Source: Lama guanicoe
Taxonomy: Eukaryota
Direction: 5' to 3'
Length of the DNA: 64,000 nucleotides
Assembly: GCA_013239625.1 (NCBI GenBank)
Contig: MU053379.1
Coordinates: 5,146,714 to 5,210,713, forward strand
Made by a program: the position numbers and the translations under genes. Below are positions 25,150 through 37,605 of this stretch, one piece after another (within the stretch, counting starts at the first letter, position 1; every line of letters begins with the position of its first letter). The notes under the pieces were generated by a model. The model was not told the DNA's origin and searched no databases. It saw nothing but the letters and a program-made list of their open reading frames with translations.

Positions 25150-26300
25150 GGTACTGGTTCCACAGACACCATGCCACCAGTGCCAGGCACCACCGGTCTT
25201 TCCCCCACTGGACTGTCCCCATGAGCACACCAAGGCACTCTAACAGCACTGGCCAGAAACCTGCTCCTACTCCAGCTACCCACTCCCCTCATTTCTGTTC
25301 CGTTTTGTGGCAAAACTCCTTAGAGAAAGCTATCTGCACTTCTTCTCTCCACTTCTCTCTGGAGCCTCTCCATCAGGCTCCTACCCCAACCACTTGCACT
25401 GGCCACACTTGTCAATCCCTGATCTCCATCACCAAATCCAACAGCAGATCACACTTGTCTGTCCAACAGGCTTCTTCAAGCGGCTGCCTCCACCCCTTCC
25501 TCCCAGCTCTCCTCTCAACTCACTCCCTCCAGGTCTCCTTGGCTTGACCTCCCCCCAACCCCCACTTCTCCCAGCCCAAACCATCTGGGCCCTGTCGGGA
25601 CTCTGAACGCCGTCTGCAGGCTTACACTGGAGGTCGGCCCCGACTCTCCCTGAACTCCAACTCCTCCCACCTACTCCACTCGCATGCTTCACAGGCACCT
25701 CCTTATGCCCCTATCACACCCATTCCCCACAACTGCCTCACCTCCACACATGGCAGCCCCACTCATCCGGCTGCTCAGAGAACTGGTGAATCCTCTGACT
25801 CTCTTCTGTCTTTCACACTAATTCACTGGCAAATCCTGCTGACACCTCCTTCGAAACATCCAGAACACAGCATGTCTTCTCATCTCTACCCCAGGCCCGA
25901 GTCCCCAGCATCTGTTGCCTGGGTGACCCCTAGTGGGTCCCCCTGCTCCCCCTGCCCCTCCAGTCCGTCTTCATCCCAGCAGTCAGAGTGACATGCTAAG
26001 GACATACATCATATCCAGGTGTTTCTCCACTCTGAAGCAGCCAGTGGCTTCCATTCAAATGTCCCCTTACAAGAAAGGCCTCCTGTCACCCAAACTGTAC
26101 ACAAGCCTCAGCTGTTCCTCACTGGCCCTACTTTTCTCCTCAAGCCCTGAGCACTCAACACAGCACACACTTGTTCCCTTGTCACTGCCTCCCCCACAAG
26201 AAAGCTCTCAAGTCATGACCCACATCCACTGCTGCAGCCTCAGCACTTAGAAGGCTTACTGTACGTAGCAGGTACTCAAACTCTGCTAAATAAACGGGTA
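25150..26300 (+). mobile_element. LINE-2 remnants
   Basis: C/T-rich L2-like tract ('ctctccctgaactccaac', 'ggcaaatcctgctga...cttcgaaac') ending in L2-type 3' end 'gtagcaggtactcaaactctgctaaataaa'. Confidence 0.55.
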
Positions 26301-28399
26301 AAAAAAAGTGCTGAATAGCCAGAAAGTATTCTTTAAAATGTTCTAATACCAACAGATGTACAGATGTGTTAACTGATCGTGACAGCAACTACCCACATGA
26401 CTGCTGGCTGAGAAGACACACTATAATAGTTTGAGGCCAGAAAGGGAGTGAGGGGTAAATTCTTCTTGACGTAAGTTAACAGAGCTTTCTCAACATTCCC
26501 AGCTACTAACATTAGCAATCATTATGGGACGACCGAGATGTCTCCGACTCAGTGCTCACTGCATGTCTGGCTCTTTCATACATCGGAGCCTCACTCAGAC
26601 CTATAAGGAAGGTATTTTCATCCTCACATCACAGAGGAAGAAACAAACTCAGAAAATTAAGCAACTCACCCTAAGCCACAAACCTTAAAACACTCACTTG
26701 GGACTCAGTTACCTATGCAAGCTTTCTCCTAAAATACCAAACACTATTATGATAGGCACCAACCCTAAACGAGGGGTCTGTCTGCTAACTGGACACTCAG
26801 GCTAGGCTTCCTGGCATCACTCTTCCCCGTGTGGGCATCCCCCATCCTCACTGACACTCCAGACCCTGGCCTTCAGTTCAGGAGGAGGCAAATGATGTAC
26901 CCACCCTCCATATGGACACCCAAGTTCTATGGCATTGTCTCTGGGTGAAAAGCGTTGACTTCACTTGTCAGTTTTCAGGACTGTACTGCAGTTACAACTT
27001 TCCTATTGACCACATTTCGGAAGGAAGAGTGCTCTAGTGCAAGCAGGAAGATCATGAGTCTGAAAAGGCGTCCTGTCTCCAACACTGTCAGCAGAACCCT
27101 GAAAAAGTGACCCATCTTCTAACCTCTTTTCAAGACCGCCTCTGTAATACGTCTCTTCTGGAGCTTTTAACCTACCTCAAAATATCTTCCACATTTGAGC
27201 AGTGTCTGCCCAACGTTACTGTAAAAGACAGACACTCCCCTGGGAAGAGAGAGTATGCGTTGGCTGAAAGACTAAGAAGCAAGCAAAGATACAGACACAA
27301 ATCCCACCAAAGCAGCACCAAGTCCCAGGGTCATGGGTCCAGGGCTGGAATGTGGCCCTGATAAGATAAACTACAACCGGGAAAAGATGGGCACAGCCAG
27401 GGCCCCGCCTGAGGCACCATAACGAAGCCTGCACTAACCCTTGCTTGTTGTGGTCCAGGCATAGTACTCTGGGGAGTGGAAGGAGAAGGGGCGTGGAGAA
27501 AAGCAGACTTTAACTCAGACATTTACCTGTCTTTCTGGGTTATGGTAAAACCATTAGCAGCCCTGGATGTTCTTTTCTTTGGGACAAGGAGGAACCAGGC
27601 GTGATGCCTGAGTTCTTCTGTATTTAAACACCAAGGTCTGAAACCTGCCAGGCAGCCCACTGATCTCGGTCATGTGGAAGCCCTAGCCTCTGAGCTGGCA
27701 GAGAAAAGGTGGTCTAGTTGACCAAAACACACAGACCTGTGCATCTCATTACTGTCTCCTTAGGGTCCAAGTTAGGCCACTTACACTTCTATCGCATATT
27801 GTCAAGAACTCCGGGATTACAGAAAAGAACATGAAGGGCTCACAGAACCCTCATTTGCCTACTTGTACCAGACATGTGCAGGCAAAACTAATATCCAGCC
27901 CCTCCTCTCACGGAGTGCAGGGTTGACATATAAGTCAGATGAACATTTACTTCCAAAAGGGACTCTTTAGTCCAACAATTAAAACAAACCAAAAAACTGT
28001 TCCATGGTGTTTTGGTTTTTTCCTTTTTTTTTTTTCCTTTAACCTCCAAAGTTGTTTTCATCTGAATTAGTTGCCACCAATGTTTAAAAAGTTAAGAGAT
28101 CAGACACACACACACCCAGCTACTCTTCTGGAAAGACTGGAAGGTCTGGCTGCCCCAGAGCCACACTCTTACCCGGCAGTAACAGGAGAGAAGGCAGCAG
28201 TTGCTGCCCCCTTCAGATGGGACACATTCCCTCCACTTCACTGCCACCTCAGCATCATCCTGGCCTCCCAGAAAAATAAACACAAACATATTTTCTTTGG
28301 GGAAAAATATTGTTTCCTTGGGGAAAAATCCACTTCTCTCTCTGTGTGTATTAGATCAAGAAAAAAGGCTGGGGGGGGGAGTATAAGTATATAAAATAT

Positions 28400-29340
28400 G
28401 AAACAAGACTAGCCCCAGGTACAGAAGAAAAAGCTAGATATAACAGATGACTTCCTATAAACATATAAATCACCAAAACTCAACTCAGAAAGAGACAGCA
28501 AATCTAAGAAAGTATAAGTTACAAAATGCTATATTCTTAAAAAGCACCATGCTTAGGGAGTTTTACAGGTGAATTCTACAAAAATCTAAATTTAAAGAAA
28601 GAGATCCTTTCAAAAGCATTTAAACTGGCTAAAGGAGAGAAAGAAAAAATTTTAAATAAACCTATAGAAAACACTAAAACAACTTGATAAAGATGATATT
28701 AAAGAAAAAAGTTAGACTAGTCTCACAGAAAATGATGTAAAATTACCAAGAAAAATACTAATAAATAGAATTTGTGTACACAGTAACAGAGTTATCACTG
28801 GTGATTCAATAATATGGAATCTATTGCTATAACAACACATTAACAGGAAATGGGATGAAATCTGTACGATCTTTTTACAGACGCAAAAAACAGCATTTGA
28901 TAAAATTCAACAACAATTTTGGATTTAAAAAAAGACAAAACAGTAGCAACACATCCCTTAGTAAGATCACTAATGTGACAAACACTAAAAGAATTCTCAC
29001 TAAAATCAGGAAAAAGACAAGGGTACCTGGAGTATCCCTATTCTCCAATCTTATTCTGGAAATACAATGCAATTAAAAAAGAGACATAAAAAAGCAGAAA
29101 AGAAGTGATGAAATTCTTATTATTTGCAGCTAACATAATATATCTGGAAAACCAAGAAAACCAACTGCAAAAACTAGTTGAAACTAAGATTATATAAATT
29201 ACTAGTTTGAAAATTAATAAAAACAACTAGTAACAATATATAATATAAGAAAACATGCTATTTTCCATAACAACAAAAAGATAAAATAACCGGGAATAAC
29301 CTTAAGAAACATATAGAATTTTAAAACTAACTTTAAAAAG
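28400..29340 (+). mobile_element. Ancient L1 (L1ME-like) ORF2 fragment
   Basis: A-rich, with 'ttttacaggtgaattctacaaa', 'gcatttgataaaattcaaca', 'ctaaaatcaggaaaaagacaagg' and 'tatttgcag...tatatctggaaaacc'. Confidence 0.7.
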
Positions 29341-31549
29341 ACATTTCTGAGTCAGAGAAATGTGTATGTGGATGTATATTAAATAATATTTAATTACAGA
29401 TAATAAATTGCTAATTTTGATACAATATGACAATAGCTTTGGGGTTATATGTATTTCAAAAAGCCCCTATTTGTTCTCAAGATATATTGTGAATTATTTA
29501 TAGATGAACTAGTTTGTTTTAAAAGTCTAGTTCCCAACCACACCAAAATGAAGGAGAGGAGGAAGAGATGATTCAAGACTAGCAAACAATGGAAAACTGT
29601 GGAGACAAAGTGATGGATACCTGGAGGTTCATTACAGCGTCTTCCCTACTTTGCACATTTGAATATGCACGCAACAGAAATTCAAGAAAACTTAGGGGAG
29701 GTCCCAAAGGGGGGTCATGAAAAACGTAAATAATCCCAAAGATGTGTAATGGGCTTATAAAAAGGCACAAAAATTGCCACCTAACCATTAAGAAATTAAA
29801 ATTAAAGCGAAGTTATATGTCATCTTCACCAGTTACGTAGAAAAGATCAAAATATCTGGTAATATTAAATACCAGGGGGAGGCAACTGGCAGTACTGTAT
29901 GCATCAGCGCAACTGCTTGGGAGGGCACTTTGGCCTTCACCCTTCAAAGTCATAAACACACTTCCCTTGGCCCAGAAATTCCACTTCCAGGAATTTATTC
30001 TAGATAGTCATTCGACAAGCATTATCTCCCACCTACTTCGTGCCAGGCACTGTCCCTGCTCTCACAGGGCTTCCCTTCTTATGGGGGAGACTATCAATAA
30101 AGCAAGTCAAGTGTGCAGGCAATTACACCCTCGGCCAAGGGACAAGTGTGATGAAGAAACAAGTAAACCCAACGGGGGCGGGGCACTAAGGCCATTTCCA
30201 GTGTGCTAGTTTGGAAAGGCCCCTCTGAAGACGTGATAGGTGAGCGGAGACCTGGCTAAAGGAGAGTGTTCCAGGCAACAGGGAAGGAAGCCATGGGGTA
30301 ATACACAAATTTGGCCTTCCTGCCCTCTGCTTTTCGTTTTATTCGCATAACAGCCTTTTGTTTACCCAAAGGATAGGAGCACGACTTGAATGTCTCTCTT
30401 TGTCCTCAACTCAAAAATAAAAATAATCAGATCCTTTTAATACAGTACATCTGTCAAAGAAGGTGCCAGGCCAGCACTGTTTCCCCAACATTATTGTGAA
30501 ACACAATCTGATTTCTTCAAAGGAAGAATTCCCAATCTGTCTAACTGTTGCACCAAGCCCGTTCATGAAAGTGCATTAAAGCCAATCATGAGTTTTTAAT
30601 GCAGATAAATCTTTCCACAGAGAACAGATTAGTTTCACAAAAAATACTGACCAGTTGCTAGATAATTTTACACAAAAGCAAAAATACCATCAGTCCCTGA
30701 CCTTCTGGCAGGACTGTTGACCACTAACTTAGCAGAGTATATGGTTTAATTCCATGATCTTTTGGGCAATGAAGTTGATATTTTTAGGGGCTATCTGGGT
30801 AAGTATTTTACACTGAAGTAGCCAGTGTCAATTGGGGCATGCCAACTGACCCCAAAATAAATTACTTTGCTACAACACCTGAGAACATTACACATTTTTC
30901 TCAAGCAACACGAAGCATCAAGACTTCAAAACTGCTAAGAGTGATACAAACAGCCAGATAATTAAGAAACCAGCCTATGGGGGGAAGAGTTGCCCTTATG
31001 AAACATGCTCCTTTCTCAGCTGTGAGATCAGATTAGCATAAACGCATTCATCTCTCCAAAGGAAGCCCACAAATAACCATTTGACTTCGGGACCGGATGG
31101 AGATTCCCAAGGAGACAAATTCCGTGGGCACATTCCACGCAACGCCAGCCAGCTGCTTGGCGAGCGCCGGGCTTCCGCCCAGCAGCGAGGACACGGCGCA
31201 CCCCCAGCCCTGGACGCCGACGACCCCCCGGCCTTCCCCGAGGGCTCGGCAGGTCCGAGCAGGGGATGCCGCGGAGACTCGAGACCCGGTAAGCTGCCCA
31301 CCGGCGAGAGGGGCGCTCCGGCCGAGTCGGACGCAGAGCAGGTCCGAGCGGAGTCCGCGCTCCAGGGCCGCGCCGGATGGCGCCGGGCGTCCAGGGGCTC
31401 CCCACCCTCGTCGAGAGGCGGTCGCTGGACGGGTCTCACGGGCCCACCCGGGGGGAAGGGGACGCGGGAGCCAGAAGGGGAAGAGGAGAGAGTGGAGGGC
31501 GGGCAGCCCGGAGGGTGGTGGAGCCCGCCCCGCCCCCGCCGCTCCTCAC

Positions 31550-31740
31550 CTGCCCAGCGCCCGCTTCATGCCCGCGTCGGCGGCGCAGCGCGGCTCGGCC
31601 GGCCCGGGGCCCGCCAGGCACAGGTTCTGCTTCAGGCGGCAGTCGGCGTCCAGCGCCGCGGCGGCCGAGCCGGCGGAGGGCGAGCCCGAGGCGGCGCACT
31701 GCGTATGCTCTAGGGCGACGGACGCCCTCGCCCTCGCCCT
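31550..31740 (-). CDS. ABHD12: ABHD12 (lysophosphatidylserine lipase) exon 1, region equivalent to codons 1-64; canonical ATG absent, first ATG at 31569
   Basis: Translation [58 protein letters not shown] matches the ABHD12 N-terminus; donor AG|GTGAG at 31550/31549; head-to-head position next to GINS1; exon 2 not found in the window. Confidence 0.92.
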
Positions 31741-31762
31741 CGCCCTCGCCCTCGCCCTCGCC
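31723..31762. repeat. Hexanucleotide repeat (CGCCCT)6 plus partial unit; (GGCGAG)n on the ABHD12 sense strand
   Basis: Six exact CGCCCT units followed by CGCC; reads (RA)n in the ABHD12 frame. Confidence 0.97.
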
Positions 31763-32399
31763 GCCCGCCGCCGCCGAGGGGAGCAGCCGCTGAGGGGAGA
31801 CTCCGCCACCGCCGCCGCCGCGAGCCCGCCGGCCCCCACGTCCCCCCGGGCCGGCGCGCCTGCCTGCGGCTACTCAGCGCTTGCCAATCAGCGCCCGACT
31901 CTCGCCGGCTCCGCCCCGAATCCAGCTCCGGCCACGCCCCCTCCCGGCATTCGTGCACGCCCAGCATCCACCGCGCGGGGCTCAGCCATCTTGGAGAAGG
32001 GAGGACGAAGCCGCAGCGCGCATCAGTGTCCGGGCGGGGCGAGGCGGGCCCGCCTGGTGCCTACCGCAGCGGCCCTAAGCGGGGGGGGGGAACCCTCTGC
32101 TCCCATCTTTAGAAATTCAACAGGTCCTTGTATTAGCGTTGATGATACTAAGAAAGTGCAAAAGAATTTTAGTGACCATATTACTAAATATCGCAACCAG
32201 CATTCCTATTTGTCACTCTTGGAACTTAAATGATGAATTCTTTCAAGTAATGTAGTAGCACGTACTGGAGATTAGGAATCCAGAAACTAAAGTGCAAAAC
32301 ATCTTTTACTCTATCAGTCCCTAAATCGTCTTCAATCAATAGAGCAAAAAGCTAAGAAAGGAGGGCTGGAGAGAAGAGAGTAGGGGTGCTTGTCCTTAT

Positions 32400-33390
32400 A
32401 CAGGCTCTATTTGCTACCCCACACTGGGGACACCTACGTTTATATCTCTAGTCCGCACCTCTTCCTTGAACCCCAGGTTCCTCTATCCAGTGGTCTACTC
32501 GTCCACTCTGTAGACTCCAGGCAGCTAAAACTACCTTCCAGCTGAACCGCCAGCTCTCACCCCAGCTCCAGCCATAACCTTCTGCACCACGGGAACGGCA
32601 GCTCCGTCCTTGCAGTTCCTCAGGCAGAAACCTTGGGGTCATCTTTGATTCCTCCGCCCTCATAACGCAGCAGGTGTATTACCAAACCTGGTCAGCTCTC
32701 CTTTCAAAATCTATCCAGGACAAACCACTTCTCAACACCTCCACCAACCACAGCACAGGCCAAACTGCCATCGCCCCTCATTTGAATTATTTTAATAGCC
32801 CAAATGGTCTCCTGCCTCACTTCTGTCTGCCTAACTCAGTGGCCACAAAGGTCTTTTCTAAAAACCTAGATCCAGTCCTGTCACTTGTTGGCCCGAAACA
32901 CTTCAATATTTCTCCGTCTCACTGAAAATAAAACAAAAGCTTATGAAATGGGCCAACGGGTCTTACCTGACATGGCCTCTAGCCCTTGCTCTGGTCTCAG
33001 CCACTAGCCTTCTTGCTCACCCTGCTGTAGCATCACTGTGTCCTTGCCGGTGTGGAGACCCCAGGGCGTGGGTGGCATGCAGGTGAGACATCATACCCAC
33101 ATGGCAGATACCCACACAGCTTACTGCCCCCCCTCTTCTGGTCTGTGCCCTCTCAATGCTAACTCAAAACCTCCAGGCCCTCTCACTTTCACTAGTCACC
33201 CTCCTTTGCTTATTATCTCCTTAGGACGTCTCACTGATGTACTCGTCGTCGGTATCTCTGTATCTGTGTCTTGCTGCTTCCCACACTTGAACTTAGACTC
33301 TGACAGCAAGGACTTTGTTCACAGCTTTATCTTCAGTGTCCAGAGCAACGCTGAATAGGCGCTTCAGGATATTTGCTGAAGGAATAATGA
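32400..33390 (+). mobile_element. LINE-2 remnant between the two promoters
   Basis: 'cctcaggcagaaaccttggggtcatctttgattcctc...cctttcaaaatctatccagg...ccacttctcaacacctcc' and 3' end 'gcaaggactttg...taggcgcttcaggatatttgctgaaggaat'. Confidence 0.7.
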
Positions 33391-34129
33391 GTCATCACAA
33401 CCCCTCCGAAGTGGGTACTATTGTCCCCACCTGTACAGGTAAAGAAGTCAGTCTCAGGCCTGGGGTCTGAAGTGGAGGTTTGTGGCAAAGGAACATTGAG
33501 GATGCTGGCGACCTTTGAATCACTATCCTGTGGCACGGTGCACTATAGAATTGTGTGCTTAATAAAAACACTTAGCTCAGTTATCTCTTCCTGAAGAGCT
33601 GAGACGGAAATTCAGCATAAGGGTCAGAATCAGAGCCATTCCCCGGCTCACGTCTCAGGTCACAGATCTACTGCTTCTGTCTGCGCAAAAGAGCAGCATA
33701 GCTTCTAGGCTTAGGCAGAACGAGTCCAAGTAACACTGCTTTAAAAACAGACAGAACAAACTGCAGAGCAGTGTTCCTTCCTCTGATCGTACAAATGTCC
33801 ACAACCATCCAGGCGGGAACGTGCTCACGCCCGTTCACGTTAATCTAGGGCATTGCCGTCTTCGTCGACCTCTTTCACAAATGTTTTTAAATGACCGCTT
33901 AATATCAAAAGCAGTACTGTGGCCTTGTCGGCCTAAATGCAGGGTCTGTCACTTCAAAACTGCGTGACCTTGGACAAGTTTTCCACCTTCTGTTGCTTAA
34001 TCAGCACCAAGCGTCTTAATAACCAGTGAAGGGATAATCGTGAGAATTACCCGGAGTATGTCACCGCCCCTAGCACACAGGAGATACCCAATGAAATTGT
34101 TTTTCCTTTACTATCACATAAAAAACCCA

Positions 34130-35190
34130 CCCTGCAAAACCGGACGGACGCTACGCCGGGTCCTAACAGCAGCGCACGCCTTTCCGAGCCTGTCTTCTCC
34201 ACCCCAGCGTGCGCACCGCTGTTGACCTAAACGAGAATGAATGACTCCAACGGAAAAGGGGTGGTGTGTTCACCCCGAGTTGTGCTGCGCGACAGCCTGG
34301 GGCTCAGCCTCCACTCGGCCTGAGGTGGGACTGGGGGCGGAACCAGGGAGTGGGACCGGGGGCGGGACTGAGGTCCGCGACTGCTCCCGTGTAGGTTTCC
34401 CTGGGGCGCTGCGACTGAGCAGCGGAGGCAAATGTCCCCTGGCCGCCGCCGTAGCCGAGGACCCGCAGCGCGCTGCTATTGGCCGCGCGTGTTGGCGCCA
34501 AAGCGGGGTGGAGGCGCGGTCGGCCAGCCGGCCGGAGAGCGGTGGTCGTGGGCCGAGCTGCGGCTGTGTGCCGACAGCGGGCGGTCCGCAGGGCCGGCGC
34601 TGCCGCCATGCTCTGCGAGAAGGCCATGGAGCTGGTCCGCGAGCTGCACCGCGCGGCCGAGGGGCGGCTGCCGGCCTTCAACGTGAGGCGGGCTCGGGCG
34701 GGCGTCTGCCCAGGGCGGCTTCCCTCGGGGCTGCGCGGCCGGGAGCGGGACGGCGGGCTTGCCCATGGTTCTCCGCGGAGCCGGACACCGGCCGGGGCGC
34801 GGCGCCGATGCCGGGGCCAGGCGCGCGGGCCCAGCTGGGTTTCGGCAGCTTCCCGCGCGCGGGGCGTGCAGCGGCCCTGGGGCTTCCTGCCTTGCGCACG
34901 GGTGGGCGGGCGGGCCTGGCCCGGGGCGCTCCAGCGGCGGGGCGGCCGGGGGTGAGCCCCGCCCCTGCGCTCGTGCCGCTGTCCCCCTCGGAGGGCGGCC
35001 CCTGAGCTCGCGCGGGCTCGGGCGGCCGGAGAGGCCTGGAGACGGGTCGTGGGCGCAGGTGCTGAGTTACACCGGGGAGGTGTGAACCGGAGTAGCTGGG
35101 GCGTCAGAGCCGCGCCTGGAAGAGGCGGTGACCGCATGCCAGCCGCGGACGGGCCGTGTGGACTCCCTCCGCCCGCTAGGGAAGGACCAC
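34130..35190. promoter_or_regulatory. GINS1: CpG island / GINS1 promoter with E2F, NF-Y and GC-box motifs
   Basis: GC boxes at ~34334-34341 and ~34359-34366; ATTGG at 34478-34482; palindromic TTGGCGCCAAA at 34492-34502 (TTTGGCGC on the minus strand fits the E2F consensus TTTSSCGC). Confidence 0.85.
34608..34682 (+). CDS. GINS1: GINS1 (PSF1) coding exon 1
   Basis: gccgccATG; MLCEKAMELVRELHRAAEGRLPAFN; donor GTGAGG; 75 nt. Confidence 0.97.
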
Positions 35191-36699
35191 AACCTGGGCT
35201 CTGGGTCCAGGGGATGTGCTGTCACTCACAAGGCATTTTAGGCGCAGGAGTGACTGAGTAATTTGTTGTGTTTTGACGATAACTGTGGCAGCACTTTGGG
35301 AAGTGGATCGGGGAGAGGAAAGAATGATTCTTGGTAGTTATGATAGACCAGCTTAGAGATGTGTCGGGTCCGAATCTGCATCTCGGGAGGCTTCTATCTC
35401 AGGTAGCAGAGTAAACAACATAGGAGGTCAGCAGGAAGAGTGCTTTGGGGAAAGCGAGTTTTGTTTAGAACATTAAAAGGCACCTAGTGTGACAATGAGG
35501 CCATTTGACAGATGATGAAACTGAGCCGAGGAAGTTAGGGACCGAATTAAGGGGCTTGTCTGAACTTGCAGCGAATTGGAGACAGAGCCTCAGCTTGAAC
35601 ACAGGTTTCCAGTGTTCCAGTCTGTTGTTCTTTCAACCTCAGGACAGTTACCTCATTAAAAGTGAAAAGAGAGCATTTCAGTGGAGATTCTGAAATTCAG
35701 AGGTGTAGGGGCTCTCAAATGTGGCTCCACTGGGTTCCGTGGGTCTGGGCCTTTTGGGGGTCCTGGTACAGTTGAGGAAACCAGCCCAAAGACAGAGACT
35801 GCCGGACATGTGCTGGCTCTTAGACAGTCCAGCCCTCTTTTCCACTCAAATTTTACAGTAAATGTTGGTTTGCCACTTTGGGGGTCTGGGGTGGACTTAG
35901 AAGTTGTAAAGTCACTCTTCTAGGTCTTAGTTGGTGGAGGAGACTTACCTTGCAGTCAGTTGGAATGATTACCCACTTTCTATGTGTAGAACTGGTAATA
36001 GTTTAAGTGAGTTTGTAGGAAAATTATCTTGGACTCCCAAAGGCTTATGGCCCAGAGATGAGAGCACAGAATAATGCAGTTCCCTCCATAGATTAAAAAA
36101 CCTAAATCTGAAAGCTTGTGTGTATTTTTACAAAATTATTTCACACTTGTCTTTGGATCCCTGCAAGCCTACTAATTGTGCAATAGTTTCAACTATTCCT
36201 TAAAATAATATTTGTGATAAAAGGAGTGTTTAACTAAATTCTAATAAATCAGACTTTTCTGTGATCTCTTTTTGACCAGCTGATAGAAGGTAGAAGTTAT
36301 GCTTACATTTTTCATCAGGAATGACTTTTCTTAAAACTGAGCATGTTAAGTAGTTGATTTTGTAATTATACCAGTAGTGTCCAGGCATTTTTGCTAATGT
36401 GTATATTTTGGCTCTAAAATAGGTGGGTCGCTTGTATTTGATTTTTGGACAGACCAATTGTGTAACACTTACGAATTTTATAGTTCTAATATTTTTATCC
36501 TTCCAAGGGAAATTTTTAAAAAATTTTGCCCATAAATGGATAGTAGAAAAACTCCTCTGACCTTTCTGTTTTCAGTTCTTGCAGTATAAGCCAAACCACT
36601 GTTCCTTTTTTTTTTTTTTTGGTAGTAACCTTTTAAGACCATTTTCTAATAAGTAATAAATTATTTACATACTTCTGTCATGCATTGTTGCTTCTGTAT

Positions 36700-37460
36700 G
36701 ACTTGATTTTTTTGTCATCAGTTTTATTGTATAATTTATGTACAATAAAATACACATTTTAACAGACCTTTAAGTTTTGACAAATGTATACAGTCCTTAT
36801 TATCAGCACCCAAATCAAGGTTTCTGTCACTATAAGGATTCCCTTTTCTCCCTTGTAGCTGTTAGCTGCCTCCCACCTGCAGCCTTGGGCAACCACGGAT
36901 TTTCTTTCTGTGCTGCAGATTATATTTGTCTTTTTTATGTTCTTCTGGATTCAGCATGCCAGGAATTGCACACTTTTCCATACAGGGCCACTTGGAAGCA
37001 CACTGCGTGTACTCCTGTCTGACTTTTCTCAGAACAGTGTATTCAAGATTATCCTTAATCAGTATGTTAAGTGTATATCTTGTCAGGAACTTACTCCTTT
37101 TTTTTTGGTGGTAAAATATACATAACTTAAAATTTGCCATTTTAACCATTTTTCAGTACAATTCAGTGGCATTAATTATATTCACGTTGTACAACCACCC
37201 CGATTTCCAGAACTTTTTCTTAATCCTTAAGCAGGAATTCCCCATTCCTCTCTCCCCTCCGCCCCTGATAACCTCTAGTCTGCTTTGTCTCTGTGGGTTT
37301 GCCTGTTCTAGACATTTCAGATAAGTGGAATCATACAATATCTGTCCTTTTGTGTCTGGCTTATTTCACTCAGCATATTGTTTTCAAGGTTGAACCATAT
37401 TGATGCCTGTATCAGTCCTTCATTTCTTTTTATGGCTGAATAACATTCCATTGAATGGAA
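36700..37460 (-). mobile_element. Ancient L1 3' end fragments (L1MB-like) in GINS1 intron 1
   Basis: 'ggtaaaatatacataacttaaaatttgccattttaaccattttt...gtggaatcatacaatatctgtccttttgtgtctggcttatttcactcagc'. Confidence 0.8.
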
Positions 37461-37540
37461 TTCAATAGATATTATAGACAGAATATTACTACAAACTTGG
37501 TGTGGGAATTAACTTATCAATATAATTTTGTATGTTCTAG

Positions 37541-37605
37541 GAGGATGGACTCAGGCAAGTTCTGGAGGAGATGAAAGCTTTATACGAACAAAACCAATCT
37601 GATGT
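37541..37605 (+). CDS. GINS1: GINS1 exon 2
   Basis: ttctag|[22 protein letters not shown]|gtaagt; 65 nt. Confidence 0.97.

Larger units (their letters stand above)
31100..32090. promoter_or_regulatory. ABHD12: CpG island / ABHD12 promoter
   Basis: Very dense CpG; CCAAT at 31884-31888, GC box ctccgcccc at 31909-31917, ccacgcccc at 31932-31940, YY1-like GCCATCTT at 31985-31992. Confidence 0.85.

Noticed and set aside
1..31549. ABHD12 exon 2 (transmembrane exon)
   Set aside because: No matching translation seen in the ORF track or by eye; presumed to lie beyond the left edge of the window
31987..31989. Strong-context ATG (ccaagATGg) on the minus strand, in frame with ABHD12
   Set aside because: In-frame stops at 31890-31888 (TGA) and 31872-31870 (TAG) block it; it lies in the promoter and overlaps a YY1-like motif
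31097..32233. 378-aa plus-strand ORF and other long ORFs over the ABHD12 CpG island
   Set aside because: Low-complexity Ala/Pro/Arg/Gly translation typical of stop-poor GC-rich DNA; antisense to a real exon; no recognisable domain
34479..34607. In-frame open stretch upstream of the GINS1 ATG (possible N-terminal extension)
   Set aside because: Starts at a TTG inside the CCAAT/E2F promoter motifs, probably upstream of the TSS; the canonical gccgccATG is intact
34241..35137. 254-aa (+) and 277-aa (-) ORFs over the GINS1 CpG island
   Set aside because: GC-content artefacts; only 34608-34682 matches a known protein and has a splice donor
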